Positions 10,610 through 20,539 of a stretch of DNA of 64,000 nucleotides are shown here, one piece after another (position 1 is the stretch's first letter; each line of letters opens with the position of its first letter). The position numbers and the translations under genes were made by a program. The DNA comes from a virus (taxonomy: Duplodnaviria > Caudoviricetes): IMG/VR virus record IMGVR_UViG_2941446319_000002, positions 4,485 to 68,484 of that record; one strand, given 5' to 3'. The notes below the pieces were generated by a model, which worked only from the letters and a program-made list of their open reading frames with translations, was not told the origin of the DNA and did no database searches.

Positions 10610-11674
10610 ATGACCGCCATCGAATGGACCGACCGCACCTGGAACCCGACCACCGGATGCGACCGCGTCTCAACCGGCTGCGACAACTGCTACGCCCTCA
10701 CCCTGGCCAAACGGCTCAAGGGCATGGGGTCGGCGAAGTACCAGCGCGACGGCAACCCGCGAACCTCCGGTCCCGGCTTCGGACTCAGCGTCCACGCCGA
10801 CGTCCTCTCCATGCCGTTCACCTGGACCACGCCGCAGATGGTGTTCGTCAACTCGATGAGCGACTTGTTCCACAAAGACGTCCCCGAAGAGTTCATCGCC
10901 CGCGTGTGGACCGTCATGGCCAATACGCCGCAGCACACCTACCAGATCCTGACCAAGCGGCACGACCGCATGCGCTCCATCGTCCGCCGGATCGCCTGGC
11001 GCTCCGCGACCACCGAGGAGCGGCAGCGCGGAGTGCGCGGCTCCGTCGCCTACGTCCAGCCGGACGAGAAGCTCAACGACCACCTCGGCGCGCCGCGCGT
11101 CCTGCCGAACGTCTGGCTCGGCGTCTCCGTCGAGAACCAGAAGTGGGCCGACATCCGCATCCCCGCCCTGCTGAAGGTGCCGGCTGCGGTGCGGTTCATC
11201 TCCGCCGAGCCGCTGACTGGCGCAGTGGATCTGAACGGTCAATGGCTCGATGGCGAGTGTGCAGAGTGTCAGGGCAGCGGGACGAAGGGCTGGGACGAAG
11301 GGCAGTGCTCGGTGTGCGCAGGCACTGGCGAACTGCCCCGCCTGCACTGGGTGATTGCTGGCGGTGAGTCCGGCCCGGGCGCACGGCCCATGCATCCTGG
11401 CTGGCCACGGCTCATCCGCGACCAGTGCGTCAACGCGGGCGTGCCTTACCTGTTCAAGCAGCGCGGCGCCTACACGTGGGAGGCGGGCAGCGGCTGGCGT
11501 GAGCCGGACCTGTACGTCAACGACGACACGGGCGAGGCGCTCCCTGAGCACGAGGTGCCCAACACCGGCTCCTGGCAGGGCGTCTGGCGCATCGGCAAGA
11601 AGGCCGCTGGCCGCGAGCTCGACGGCCGCACCTGGGACGAGTACCCCACGCCCGCCATGGCAGGCGCCCGATGA
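10610..11674 (+). CDS. DUF5131 / phage Gp37Gp68 family protein
   Basis: IEWTDRTWNPTTGCDRVSTGCDNCYA, FVNSMSDLFH, ILTKR, NVWLGVSVENQ, WVIAGGESG, GRELDGRTWDEYP. Confidence 0.93.
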   Translation: MTAIEWTDRTWNPTTGCDRVSTGCDNCYALTLAKRLKGMGSAKYQRDGNPRTSGPGFGLSVHADVLSMPFTWTTPQMVFVNSMSDLFHKDVPEEFIARVWTVMANTPQHTYQILTKRHDRMRSIVRRIAWRSATTEERQRGVRGSVAYVQPDEKLNDHLGAPRVLPNVWLGVSVENQKWADIRIPALLKVPAAVRFISAEPLTGAVDLNGQWLDGECAECQGSGTKGWDEGQCSVCAGTGELPRLHWVIAGGESGPGARPMHPGWPRLIRDQCVNAGVPYLFKQRGAYTWEAGSGWREPDLYVNDDTGEALPEHEVPNTGSWQGVWRIGKKAAGRELDGRTWDEYPTPAMAGAR

Positions 11675-12240
11675 CCGCCCCGACCACCGCCGCCCCCACC
11701 ACGGGGGCGGCGGCCCCGCCCAACGTGACCGGGCTCGACCTGTCCATGACCGCCACCGGCGTCGCCTACCTGGCAGCCGGCCAGCTCGTGACCGCCACCA
11801 TCCGCCCCACCCCCGGCATCGGCGACCAGCGCCTGCTCTACATCGCCGAACACGTCGGCCTCGCCGTGGGCATCAACGGCCAGACCGACCTCGCCATGGT
11901 GGAGGACCTGCCGACCCACGCTCACGGGGCGGGCATCACCGGCATGGTGCACGGCGCCATCCGCATGACCCTGCTCACGCTCGGCGTGCCGTATGCGCTC
12001 GTCACCCCGGCCAGCCTGAAGAAGTACGCCACCGGCAAGGGCAACGCGACCAAGGCCGACATGCGCATGGCCCTGTTCCAGCGTGCCGGGCTCGACCTGC
12101 GTGACGACAACCAAGTCGACGCCTGGTGGCTGCGCGCGGCCGGACTCGACCACCTCGGCCACCCGCTCGTCACGCTGCCCAAGGCGCAGCGGGAAGCCCT
12201 CGCCAAAGTGGCCTGGCCGCAGGCGGTGAACGCCGCATGA
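11671..12240 (+). CDS. RuvC-like Holliday junction resolvase
   Basis: GLDLSMTATGVA, VED, PASLKKYATGKGNATK, DDNQVDA. Confidence 0.88.
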   Translation: MTAPTTAAPTTGAAAPPNVTGLDLSMTATGVAYLAAGQLVTATIRPTPGIGDQRLLYIAEHVGLAVGINGQTDLAMVEDLPTHAHGAGITGMVHGAIRMTLLTLGVPYALVTPASLKKYATGKGNATKADMRMALFQRAGLDLRDDNQVDAWWLRAAGLDHLGHPLVTLPKAQREALAKVAWPQAVNAA

Positions 12241-13421
12241 GCCACCGAATCGGAAGCATCTGCTCCGGCACCGGAGCCCTCGACATGGCCGTCCACCAAG
12301 TGCTCGGCGCCGAAACCGCCTGGTTCTGCCAGTACGAACCACCCGACAAGGACGACAAACCGGACCGGTGGCAGTTCGCCTCCCGCATCCTCGCCCACCA
12401 CTGGCCCGACGTGCCCAACCACGGCGACATCACCAAACTCGACTGGGCCACAGTCGAGAAGGTCGAAGGCATCATCGCGGGCTGGCCCTGCGAAAACATG
12501 TCCCTCGCCGGCCGCCGCGAAGGACTCGTCGCGGGCGTGCAATCCGGGCTGTGGTTCAACATCGTCGACGCCATCCGCGCCCAGCAGGCGATGCGCGAGC
12601 CGGGCGAGCCGGGACCGTTCATCTTCCTGGAGAACGTAAGGGGTCTTCTCAGTGCCCGAGCCGACAGCGACGTGGAACCCTGCCCGTGGTGTCTGGGAGA
12701 CGTCGAGGACGAACCTGATCTGCGGGCACTCGGAGCTGTACTCGGGGACCTGGCCGAGCTCGGGTTCGATGCGGAATGGACGGGCCTTCCCGCGTCCGGA
12801 GTGGGCGCCTGCCACGAGCGGTGGCGGGAGTTCATCCTCGCCTGGCCAGCTACTGCCGACCCCGCGGTCTTCGGACACGAACGGGGCAGGCCTACACGGG
12901 AACGGCGGCATGGATCTGCGGACGGCGGTGAAGCTGCTGCCCACCCCGACCACGTCCAACATCTCAGGCAACCAGGTGAACAACCGCGGGGATCTGCTCC
13001 TGCCGGGCGTCGTGATGGCACTGCTGCCGACGCCCGCAGCGAGCGACTCAACTCGCGGGCGCACTCGACGCGGCGGGAGTCGCGCAGAGGAGATGCTTCT
13101 CACCGAGGTAGCGCATCAGGCGTCGACTGGGGCCCTTACCGACCAGCGATCGACCGGCACGAACGCGTCTTCAGCCGGCCCGCACCCCGACCAACTCAGC
13201 CTGGACGATCCGGTGCCGAGCAGCTGAGCCCCCGCTTCACCGAGTGGATGATGGGCCTCCCGGCCGGCCACGTCACCGACGTGCCCCGACCTGAAGGGAT
13301 GTCCGCCCCCGCCTACCGCAACGCGTGCATCACCGCGTGCGGCAAAGGCGTCGTCCCCGCCCAGGCCGCCCACGCGCTGCGCATTCTGCTGGACCGTGCC
13401 GGACGGCAGGTAGCTGCGTGA
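12237..13421 (+). CDS. C5 cytosine DNA methyltransferase
   Basis: SICSGTGALD (I), GWPCEN (IV), FLENVRG (VI), HERWREF (VIII), FTEWMMGLP and GKGVVP at C-terminus. Confidence 0.9.
   Translation: MSHRIGSICSGTGALDMAVHQVLGAETAWFCQYEPPDKDDKPDRWQFASRILAHHWPDVPNHGDITKLDWATVEKVEGIIAGWPCENMSLAGRREGLVAGVQSGLWFNIVDAIRAQQAMREPGEPGPFIFLENVRGLLSARADSDVEPCPWCLGDVEDEPDLRALGAVLGDLAELGFDAEWTGLPASGVGACHERWREFILAWPATADPAVFGHERGRPTRERRHGSADGGEAAAHPDHVQHLRQPGEQPRGSAPAGRRDGTAADARSERLNSRAHSTRRESRRGDASHRGSASGVDWGPYRPAIDRHERVFSRPAPRPTQPGRSGAEQLSPRFTEWMMGLPAGHVTDVPRPEGMSAPAYRNACITACGKGVVPAQAAHALRILLDRAGRQVAA
12652..13227 (+). CDS. Nested out-of-frame ORF in the methyltransferase (putative second subunit)
   Basis: GTG with SD-like AAGGGG; TWPSSGSMRNG and three LLPTP repeats. 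Confidence 0.65.
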   Translation: MPEPTATWNPARGVWETSRTNLICGHSELYSGTWPSSGSMRNGRAFPRPEWAPATSGGGSSSSPGQLLPTPRSSDTNGAGLHGNGGMDLRTAVKLLPTPTTSNISGNQVNNRGDLLLPGVVMALLPTPAASDSTRGRTRRGGSRAEEMLLTEVAHQASTGALTDQRSTGTNASSAGPHPDQLSLDDPVPSS

Positions 13422-13864
13422 ACGCCTACACCGCGCCAGCCCACCAGCAGCTACGCCGCCACCGGCAAGCCGCCGACATCCACCAACGACACCTCGCCCA
13501 CACCATCGGCGTCAGCGAATCCGCCCTCCGACGGTGGGAACTCGGCCACACCACCCCCCGCATCAACCACGCCTACGCCTACGCCGCCACCCTCAACCAG
13601 CAACTCACCATCATGCGCGGCAACCAGCCGATCAGCCCCCTCCAACAAGTGCTCCCCAACCTGGCCCGCTTCCGCGACAGACACCACACCACCCGCCTCG
13701 CCATGGCCGCCCACCTGCACGTCACCGAATCCGCCGTCGGCAACACCGAACGCAAAGCCGCCGCCGGAGCACCCGTCGTGCTGGCCACCCTGGAGCGCTA
13801 CTTCGCCGCCCTCGGCTACCGGATCGCCGTCACCCCGCGCCAGCCCGAAAGGACACCAGCATGA
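13418..13864 (+). CDS. Tandem XRE HTH protein
   Basis: LAHTIGVSESALRRWELG and MAAHLHVTESAVGNTER. Confidence 0.75.
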   Translation: MNAYTAPAHQQLRRHRQAADIHQRHLAHTIGVSESALRRWELGHTTPRINHAYAYAATLNQQLTIMRGNQPISPLQQVLPNLARFRDRHHTTRLAMAAHLHVTESAVGNTERKAAAGAPVVLATLERYFAALGYRIAVTPRQPERTPA

Positions 13865-14277
13865 CCGCCACCAACATCGCCGACTGGATCCGGCCCTGGT
13901 ACCCCGGCGGGACCGTCGGCCACACCCGGGCCAACTGCCCCGACCTCCTCCACGTCGTCCCCGCCCCCATCGAAGGCACCGGCTGGCTCAACCCGAACAA
14001 CGGCAAAGTCTGCATGCCCTGCCTCAAAGCCGACGGCTACCCGCTCTGGGACGCCCGCTGCAACACCTGCCGCCTCTCCCTCGCAGAAGAGAAGAGCTGG
14101 AACGCCTGCGCCTCCATCTTCACCACCAAGCAGCAGGCCATCGCCTGGAAGCACGCCCACCAGTGCGAACCCGCCGTCTCCCTCGTCTCCCCCGAGCCTT
14201 TCACCCTGCCCGAGGCCGACGACCGGCTCACCCTGTTCCCGCTCGCCGACCTGATCACCGTGGAGTCCGCAGCATGA
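13861..14277 (+). CDS. Cys/His-rich hypothetical protein
   Basis: SD aaagga, coupled both ends, CxxC pairs. Confidence 0.6.
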   Translation: MTATNIADWIRPWYPGGTVGHTRANCPDLLHVVPAPIEGTGWLNPNNGKVCMPCLKADGYPLWDARCNTCRLSLAEEKSWNACASIFTTKQQAIAWKHAHQCEPAVSLVSPEPFTLPEADDRLTLFPLADLITVESAA

Positions 14278-15362
14278 AGCTCACCGTCGACCCCAAACCA
14301 CTCGCCGAACTCATCGCCTGGGCCGCCCGAGCCATCCCCAACCGGCCCACCGTCCCCGTCCTCTCCGGCCTCCTCCTCCACGCCAGCGACGACAAACTCA
14401 CCGTCAGCGCCTTCGACTACGACGCCTCCGCCGTCGCCACCATCGCCTGCGAAGTCGCCGAACCCGGACGCATCGTCGCCCCCGGCAGGCTCCTCGCCGA
14501 GGTGGCGAAAGCCCTGCCGGACAGGCTCATCGTCGACCTCACCGCCACCGACACCGAAGCCACCATCAGGGCCGGACGATCCGACTTCACCCTCCGCCTG
14601 CTGCCCGCCGACGACTACCCGACCCTGCCCACCCCGCCCGAGCCGGCCGGAACCATCGACGCCCACTCGTTCGCCGCCGCCGTCGCCCAGGTCCACCCGG
14701 CCACCTCGAACGACGACACGCTGCCGATGCTCACCGGCATCCGCCTCGACACCGACGGAGACCAGCTCACGCTCGCCGCCACTGACCGCTACCGGATCGC
14801 CGTCACCGACACCACCTGGAACCCCACCGCAGGCCCGATCAGCGCGATGATTCCCGGCCGCCACCTCCACGACATCGTGAAGGGCCTCGGCAACGGACCC
14901 GTCCAGCTCGCGATCAACGACAGCATGGCCGCCTTCACCACCAGCGACCGACAGTCCACCGTCCGGCTGCTCGACGAGCAGTTCATCGACTACCGCGCCC
15001 GCGTCGCCATGGACACCACCATCACCGCCACCGTGGACGCCCCCGCGCTGGCCGCCGCAGTGAAGCGGGTCGGCCTGGTGGCCGACCGCAAGACCGGCAC
15101 CGCCATCCGGCTCGCCTTCACCGACGGCGAGGTGACCCTGCGCGCCGGAGGCGACGACATCGGCCGCGGCAACGAAACCCTCGACAGCGCGCTGGACGGC
15201 GAACCCATCGAGATCGCCTTCCAATCCGGCTTCCTCCTCGACGCCCTCGGCGCCATCCCCGGCAAGGCACGCATCGGCATGACCGAGCCGAACAAGCCCG
15301 CCCTGTTCTCCAGCGAGGACGGCAGCCACAAGCAGCTCGTCATGGCGCTGAGGCTGTCGTGA
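14274..15362 (+). CDS. dnaN: DNA polymerase III beta sliding clamp
   Basis: RPTVPVLSGLLL, SAFDYD, DDYPTLP, DDTLPMLTGI, AATDRYR, IAFQSGFLLDAL. Confidence 0.93.
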   Translation: MKLTVDPKPLAELIAWAARAIPNRPTVPVLSGLLLHASDDKLTVSAFDYDASAVATIACEVAEPGRIVAPGRLLAEVAKALPDRLIVDLTATDTEATIRAGRSDFTLRLLPADDYPTLPTPPEPAGTIDAHSFAAAVAQVHPATSNDDTLPMLTGIRLDTDGDQLTLAATDRYRIAVTDTTWNPTAGPISAMIPGRHLHDIVKGLGNGPVQLAINDSMAAFTTSDRQSTVRLLDEQFIDYRARVAMDTTITATVDAPALAAAVKRVGLVADRKTGTAIRLAFTDGEVTLRAGGDDIGRGNETLDSALDGEPIEIAFQSGFLLDALGAIPGKARIGMTEPNKPALFSSEDGSHKQLVMALRLS

Positions 15363-16080
15363 CCGCCCCGTGCACCCGCTGGGACGCCGCCGCAGCCAAG
15401 CACTGCGGCGGCACCCCCACCCGCCTCTACATCAGCGGCAGCCGATGCCCAGCCTGCACCCCCACCGCACTCAAAGGCCAGCCAGAACCCGGCCAAGACG
15501 CCCACTGCGCGCCCCTGCGTTGCTACTGCCCCGGCGGGCCGCCCTGCCCCAGGGCCGACCCCGGAGGTGAAGCGGCATGAGCCTCACGCTGCAGCAGGTC
15601 ACCGACCGCGGCCTCACCTACCGCAGATTGGATCACTGGGTGCGCGCCGGATACCTGCACCCCCACCACCAAGGCGGCACCGGCAACAACCGCACCTGGC
15701 CCACCCGCGAACTACAAGTCGCCGACCTGATGCGCCGCCTCGTCGACGCCGGACTCACCGCCGGCGTCGCCGCCATCGCAGCACGCGCCCACCTCGACGG
15801 ACGCCCCCTCGTCCGCCTCGCCCCCGGCCTGGTGCTCGCCATCGACACCGACCTGCTCACCGAAGCGGGCCAGCCGTGAGCGGGGACCGCGGTGACACAC
15901 CCGTGCTCCACCTGCACCCGGCCCGCCGCGCTCATCATCACCGGACGAGTACCCGGGAGGACCTGCTACAGCGCCCTCACCTGCGATCGGTGCGCGGCCA
16001 AACACCGGCAGCAGGCAGCCAAAGCCGGGCCCGTCCACGAAGAACCCCTCGAAGACGGCCCGCAGGACGCCCTGTTCTGA
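15359..16080 (+). CDS. Three small genes: Cys-rich 15359-15580, MerR-like HTH 15577-15879, Zn-finger 15892-16080
   Basis: GLTYRRLDHWVRAGYL..GTGNNRTW; CxxC pairs. Confidence 0.65.
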
Positions 16081-16156
16081 CCCGGCGAAAAACGCGCTGA
16101 ACCACCCAAGCCCTCCCGCCCGAACACCACCCAGCACCACCACTCAAGGGGGACCG

Positions 16157-18985
16157 TTGACCACCCCGCAGGACCCGCCAGCAGCCGACCTCGAACAGGC
16201 ACGGCGATGGCTCGCGACGCTCCACGGCGACGCCCCCGGACTCATCAACATCGTCTCCACCGGCAACTGGGTCGGCGAGTTCTACCCCACCGACGACGCC
16301 GGACTCGACGCCGCCGTCAGCTACATTGCACGACTCGACCGGCAGCAACGGGCAGGCATCTACGCCCGCGTCACCACCCTGTCCGCAGCACCCCCACCCG
16401 GCCGCCGCGGACTCGCCGACCTCTCCCTGTCCTTCCCCGGCTTCTGGGCCGACCTCGACATCGCCGGCCCCGGCCACAAAACCACCGAAAAACTGCCCGC
16501 CACCGTCGACGACGCCCGCCGCATCATCGACACCTCACCCCTACCCGAACCCACCATGTGGATCCACTCCGGCGGCGGCCTCTACCCCTGGTGGCTCCTC
16601 ACCGACCGCCACCAGATCGAGCCCGGCGGACACGACGACATCGGCACCCTCACCGCACGCTGGCAACTCGTCATCCTCGCCGCCTCCGAACAACTCGGCT
16701 ACAGCTACGGCCAAGGCGTCGGCGACCTCTCCCGCGTCCTGCGCGTCCCCGGCACCATCAACCGCAAGACCGCGCTCGGCCGCGAATGCCGGATCCTCGA
16801 AGGCGCGTCCGGCGTCACCTACACCCTCGACGAGCTCGCCATCCTCCTCTACACCATCGACCTGCCCGACCCCCAACCACCCGCCCACCGAGAACCGCCC
16901 ACCCGACCCCAACCCGCCAACCACACGCCCGGCACCATCGGCCCCTTCGACGCCCTCGATGAAGTGTGCGAATGGCGCGACCTGTTCGAGCCGTACGGCC
17001 TCACCTACGTCGGCAGCGAACGCGACGGCGCCGAACTCTGGAGACGCGACGGCGCCAGCAGCGCCTACAGCATCCGCGCCTGGCCCCACGTCTGCGTCAA
17101 CCACAGCGAAGCACTCGACCTGCCCTCCGGCGCAGGCCACCGGCTCACCCACGGCAAAGTATTCGCCCACTGGCACCACCACGGCGACACCAGCGCCGCC
17201 GCCACAGACCTCATCCGCGCCGCCGCCGGCCACCCCGACGCCAGCCCCGCCGCCCGCAGCCTCCGGCCCGCCATCCTCGACCACATCCGCCAGCGCTGCA
17301 CCGTACGCCCCTGGACACCCAACACGCCGCCCGACGACGTGCCCTTCCCCGACGCACCCACCGACCACATCACCCAAATCCCCATGAGCACTCGCACAGG
17401 AGAAGACCCGCCCTGGCCTGACGACCCGAACCGCGGCGACCACACCACCGACGCGCAGATCATGGCCGGGCTCTACATCGACGCGAACGCCGCACGCGCC
17501 CACTTCAAAGACGACGCCGAAGACGTAGAAGGAAGCGGGGCGAAGCCTCCACCCCTCGACGTCGCCACGATGCTGCCCGTCGGCCTGAGGAACTTCGTGA
17601 CCGCCGTAGCCGAGCACCTGCAAGTGCCCGTCGAAGCCCCTGCCCTCATATCCATCAGCATCCTGTCCGCCGCCACATCCGGCCGAGTCGTGGTCGACGG
17701 GCGCAACGGATGGCGGCAGCCATCGATCGTCTGGACCGCCACCACGATGCACTCCGGCGAACGGAAAACCGACGTCGTACGACTCGCCGCCGCGCCACTA
17801 CGCCAGATCGAACAACGCATGATCGCCGAATACCTCGACGGGGTCCAAACCTTCAAGCGGGACAAGGCCGACCTCGAAGCGCAGGACAGAGACCTGAAGC
17901 AGGAACTCCGCCGCGCCAGAGGAGCAGATCGCGCACGCGTCGAGCAGGACCTGATGGAACTGCAGGTGCGAATCGAAGAGATGCCCGCCGACGCAGGACC
18001 GATGCCCGCCGTGCTGGTCGAAGACATCACCGTCGAAGCCCTCTCGCAGCGGCTCGACGAGAACGGGCAGGCGCTCGGCGTCATCTCCGACGAGGGCGGC
18101 GTGTTCTCCCTCATCGCAGGCCGCTACAGCAAGGACAACGGGCCGAACCTCGACCTCTACCTGAAGGCGTACGACCAGAGCCCCGTCCGCGTCGACCGGG
18201 TCATGCGCGGCAGCCTCATGCTCACCAAGCCGTCCCTGGTCGTCGGCATCCTCGCCCAGCCGCACGTCTTGGAGAAGGCGGCCGGGATCGACGGCGCCAT
18301 GGAACGCGGCCTCATGGGTCGGTTCTTCCTCGTCTTCCCCGAGTCCACCTTGGGGAAGCGGCAGATCGACACGCCGCCCATATCGCCGGTGGTCGCAGCC
18401 CGCTGGGAGGCCGTCGTCGCCCACGCCTACAGCCTGCGGGCCTGCCAGGACGAAGAGCCGCACGTCCTGGCCATCGAGGACGGAGCGCACAGCATGCTCC
18501 GGGAACTACGGATGCGGCTGGAGCCGCACCTGGAGCCGGTCGTGGGCCGGTACGCGCACATGACCGACTGGGTGGGCAAGCTGGCGGGCAAAGTGTTGCG
18601 GCTCGCCGGCGTGTTCCACCTGGCGGACGGGCGGCCGGTCGCGGAGCCGATCAGCGCGGCCACCATGAACCACGCCATCGCCTTCGGGATTTGGTCACTC
18701 CGGCACGCCGAACACATCTACGCGAGCTGGCAGAAGCGCGCGGCCACCCCGGCGGGCGAGGGGACGGAGTGGGTCCTGGAGTGGCTGAAGCGCACAGGCA
18801 AAACAGAGTTCACCCTGCGGGACGCGCAGCAGGGCGCGAAGCGCACGAAGTGGTACACGGCGGCGACGTTGCAGACGGCGCTTTGCGGTCTGGTCCGCTC
18901 TCGTCATCTGGCCAGCTGTGCGCGCTTGGACGGTGCGGGGCGCCGGCAGGCGACGGGGATGTTTCTGGTGCGGGGTGACCAGTGA
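16157..18985 (+). CDS. Primase (RepB-like) fused to DUF3987/YfjI-type domain
   Basis: FWADLD, WIHSGGGLYPWW, DLSRVLRVPGTIN; SGERKT, DITVEAL, SDEGG, RGLMGRF. Confidence 0.85.
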   Translation: MTTPQDPPAADLEQARRWLATLHGDAPGLINIVSTGNWVGEFYPTDDAGLDAAVSYIARLDRQQRAGIYARVTTLSAAPPPGRRGLADLSLSFPGFWADLDIAGPGHKTTEKLPATVDDARRIIDTSPLPEPTMWIHSGGGLYPWWLLTDRHQIEPGGHDDIGTLTARWQLVILAASEQLGYSYGQGVGDLSRVLRVPGTINRKTALGRECRILEGASGVTYTLDELAILLYTIDLPDPQPPAHREPPTRPQPANHTPGTIGPFDALDEVCEWRDLFEPYGLTYVGSERDGAELWRRDGASSAYSIRAWPHVCVNHSEALDLPSGAGHRLTHGKVFAHWHHHGDTSAAATDLIRAAAGHPDASPAARSLRPAILDHIRQRCTVRPWTPNTPPDDVPFPDAPTDHITQIPMSTRTGEDPPWPDDPNRGDHTTDAQIMAGLYIDANAARAHFKDDAEDVEGSGAKPPPLDVATMLPVGLRNFVTAVAEHLQVPVEAPALISISILSAATSGRVVVDGRNGWRQPSIVWTATTMHSGERKTDVVRLAAAPLRQIEQRMIAEYLDGVQTFKRDKADLEAQDRDLKQELRRARGADRARVEQDLMELQVRIEEMPADAGPMPAVLVEDITVEALSQRLDENGQALGVISDEGGVFSLIAGRYSKDNGPNLDLYLKAYDQSPVRVDRVMRGSLMLTKPSLVVGILAQPHVLEKAAGIDGAMERGLMGRFFLVFPESTLGKRQIDTPPISPVVAARWEAVVAHAYSLRACQDEEPHVLAIEDGAHSMLRELRMRLEPHLEPVVGRYAHMTDWVGKLAGKVLRLAGVFHLADGRPVAEPISAATMNHAIAFGIWSLRHAEHIYASWQKRAATPAGEGTEWVLEWLKRTGKTEFTLRDAQQGAKRTKWYTAATLQTALCGLVRSRHLASCARLDGAGRRQATGMFLVRGDQ

Positions 18986-18996
18986 GTCGGCGAGAC

Positions 18997-19327
18997 GTTG
19001 GGGACATCGTTCCCCCCAACGGTCCCCAATGTCCCCAACGTGTCCCCGGTGCTGGGGACATTGGGGACCGTTGGGGGGGCGAATGTCCCCAGCGAAAGCG
19101 CAGGTCAGGGGCCCTAGAAAGCTCGTTGGGGACATTGGGGACCGTATCTGCCCTGTTCGCGCGCGCACACACAGAACTCGCCGTGCTGGGGACATCCCCA
19201 AAAGGTTTAATAACGATCTTGTTGTTTTCTTATCTCATATCCCCCCACCTGCGGAAACGCGCACAGACGCTCCCGCGCACAGACGCACACCCCAGCACGG
19301 TCCCCAATGTCCCCAGCACGGTCCCCA
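18997..19327. repeat. Putative replication origin: GTCCCC iterons plus AT-rich tract
   Basis: About 13 GTCCCC/GGGGAC copies; perfect 26-bp inverted repeat 19012-19037/19053-19078; AT-rich 19200-19240; directly after primase. Confidence 0.75.
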
Positions 19328-19343
19328 CCACCGGAGGCGCCGC

Positions 19344-19970
19344 ATGACCCCACCACGCGACACACCACCCGCCGACCTCACCGCAGGCCAGAAATGCACA
19401 GCCACCGCCAAACGGTCCGGCAAACGGTGCACCCACTGGCCGATGCGCGGCTCCACCGTGTGCGCCCAACACGGCGGCAAAGCACCCCAAGTCATGGCAG
19501 CCGCCGAACGCCGGATCGTCGAAGCGGAGGCGTCAGCGATCGTCCGCCGTCTCCTCGCCGACCCTGACGCCGAACCCGTCTACGACCCGGCGTGGGAGCT
19601 CGCCCGGGTGGCCGGCCGGATGGGCAACGCCGTCGATGTGCTCGGCGTGCGGGTGAACGAGCTGGACGAGGCCGGGCGGCTGGAGTACACGGACGCCAAC
19701 CTGGTGCGGCGGCTTCACGTGCTGGTGGAGGCGTGGAAGGAGTTGATGGTCGAGTACCGCAAGACGTTGACGGATATGACGCGGCTGGGCATTGAGGCGC
19801 GGACGGCGGCCCGGCTTGAGGATCGGGTGCAGGAGTTGCACGGCGCGGCGTTGGCTCGGGTGATCGGGCGGCTGTTGGACGGGCTGCAGTTGACGGCTGA
19901 GCAGCGCGCGTTGGTGCCGACGGTTGTGCCTGGCGTCCTGTTGGAGATCGCCGGAGAGGCGGCGCCGTGA
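19344..19970 (+). CDS. HGGxSTG-type Zn-domain protein, possible terminase small subunit
   Basis: CTATAKRSGKRC...CAQHGGKAP, then helical region. Confidence 0.65.
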   Translation: MTPPRDTPPADLTAGQKCTATAKRSGKRCTHWPMRGSTVCAQHGGKAPQVMAAAERRIVEAEASAIVRRLLADPDAEPVYDPAWELARVAGRMGNAVDVLGVRVNELDEAGRLEYTDANLVRRLHVLVEAWKELMVEYRKTLTDMTRLGIEARTAARLEDRVQELHGAALARVIGRLLDGLQLTAEQRALVPTVVPGVLLEIAGEAAP

Positions 19971-20539
19971 TGCACCTGCACCGCTGGCAGACGGTTGAGC
20001 GGATCGGCTACGTCGTCACTGAACGCCGCAGCCGCTGCGGCCGGACTCGCACCCGTCTGAGAGCCGCTGTGAGCGTTTCTCCCGACATTCCGTCATCACG
20101 ACACCCGGACAAGCCTCTGAGGCTGCCAGCGGCCACCACAGCCCCGTGCAGGAACGCTCCAACCCCAACCAGCAACCACCGGAACGAGGCAACGTGAACC
20201 AACCCGACACCGCCATCGCCCGCGCCCGCCTCCTGCACCCCAGCCCGGCCGAACTCGTCGCCGCCCACGCTGAGTCCGACACGTTGTGCACCACCTGCAT
20301 CAGCCCGGCACCATGCCCCACCCGGCGGGCACTCGACGGAGAGGACTGACCCGTGGCTGACATCCACCGCTGGAGATCGTCGAGTACAGCGTCCACCCGC
20401 CCGCAGACCAGCTCGTCATCGTCGAAGTCCTCGACCGGCTCCGCGACGAGCTCGGCGACCGCTGGCGCTACTCCCGCGCCGTTGAGATCACGGTCGGCAG
20501 CGACGGCGAGATCGTGTTCCGCTACCGGAAGGCACGCAC

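Noticed and set aside
18997-19327. CRISPR or ncRNA array
   Set aside because: Short repeats in both orientations with irregular spacing; no unique spacers or cas genes
18982-19347. ORF across the origin repeats
   Set aside because: Translation only mirrors the DNA iterons; atypical codon usage
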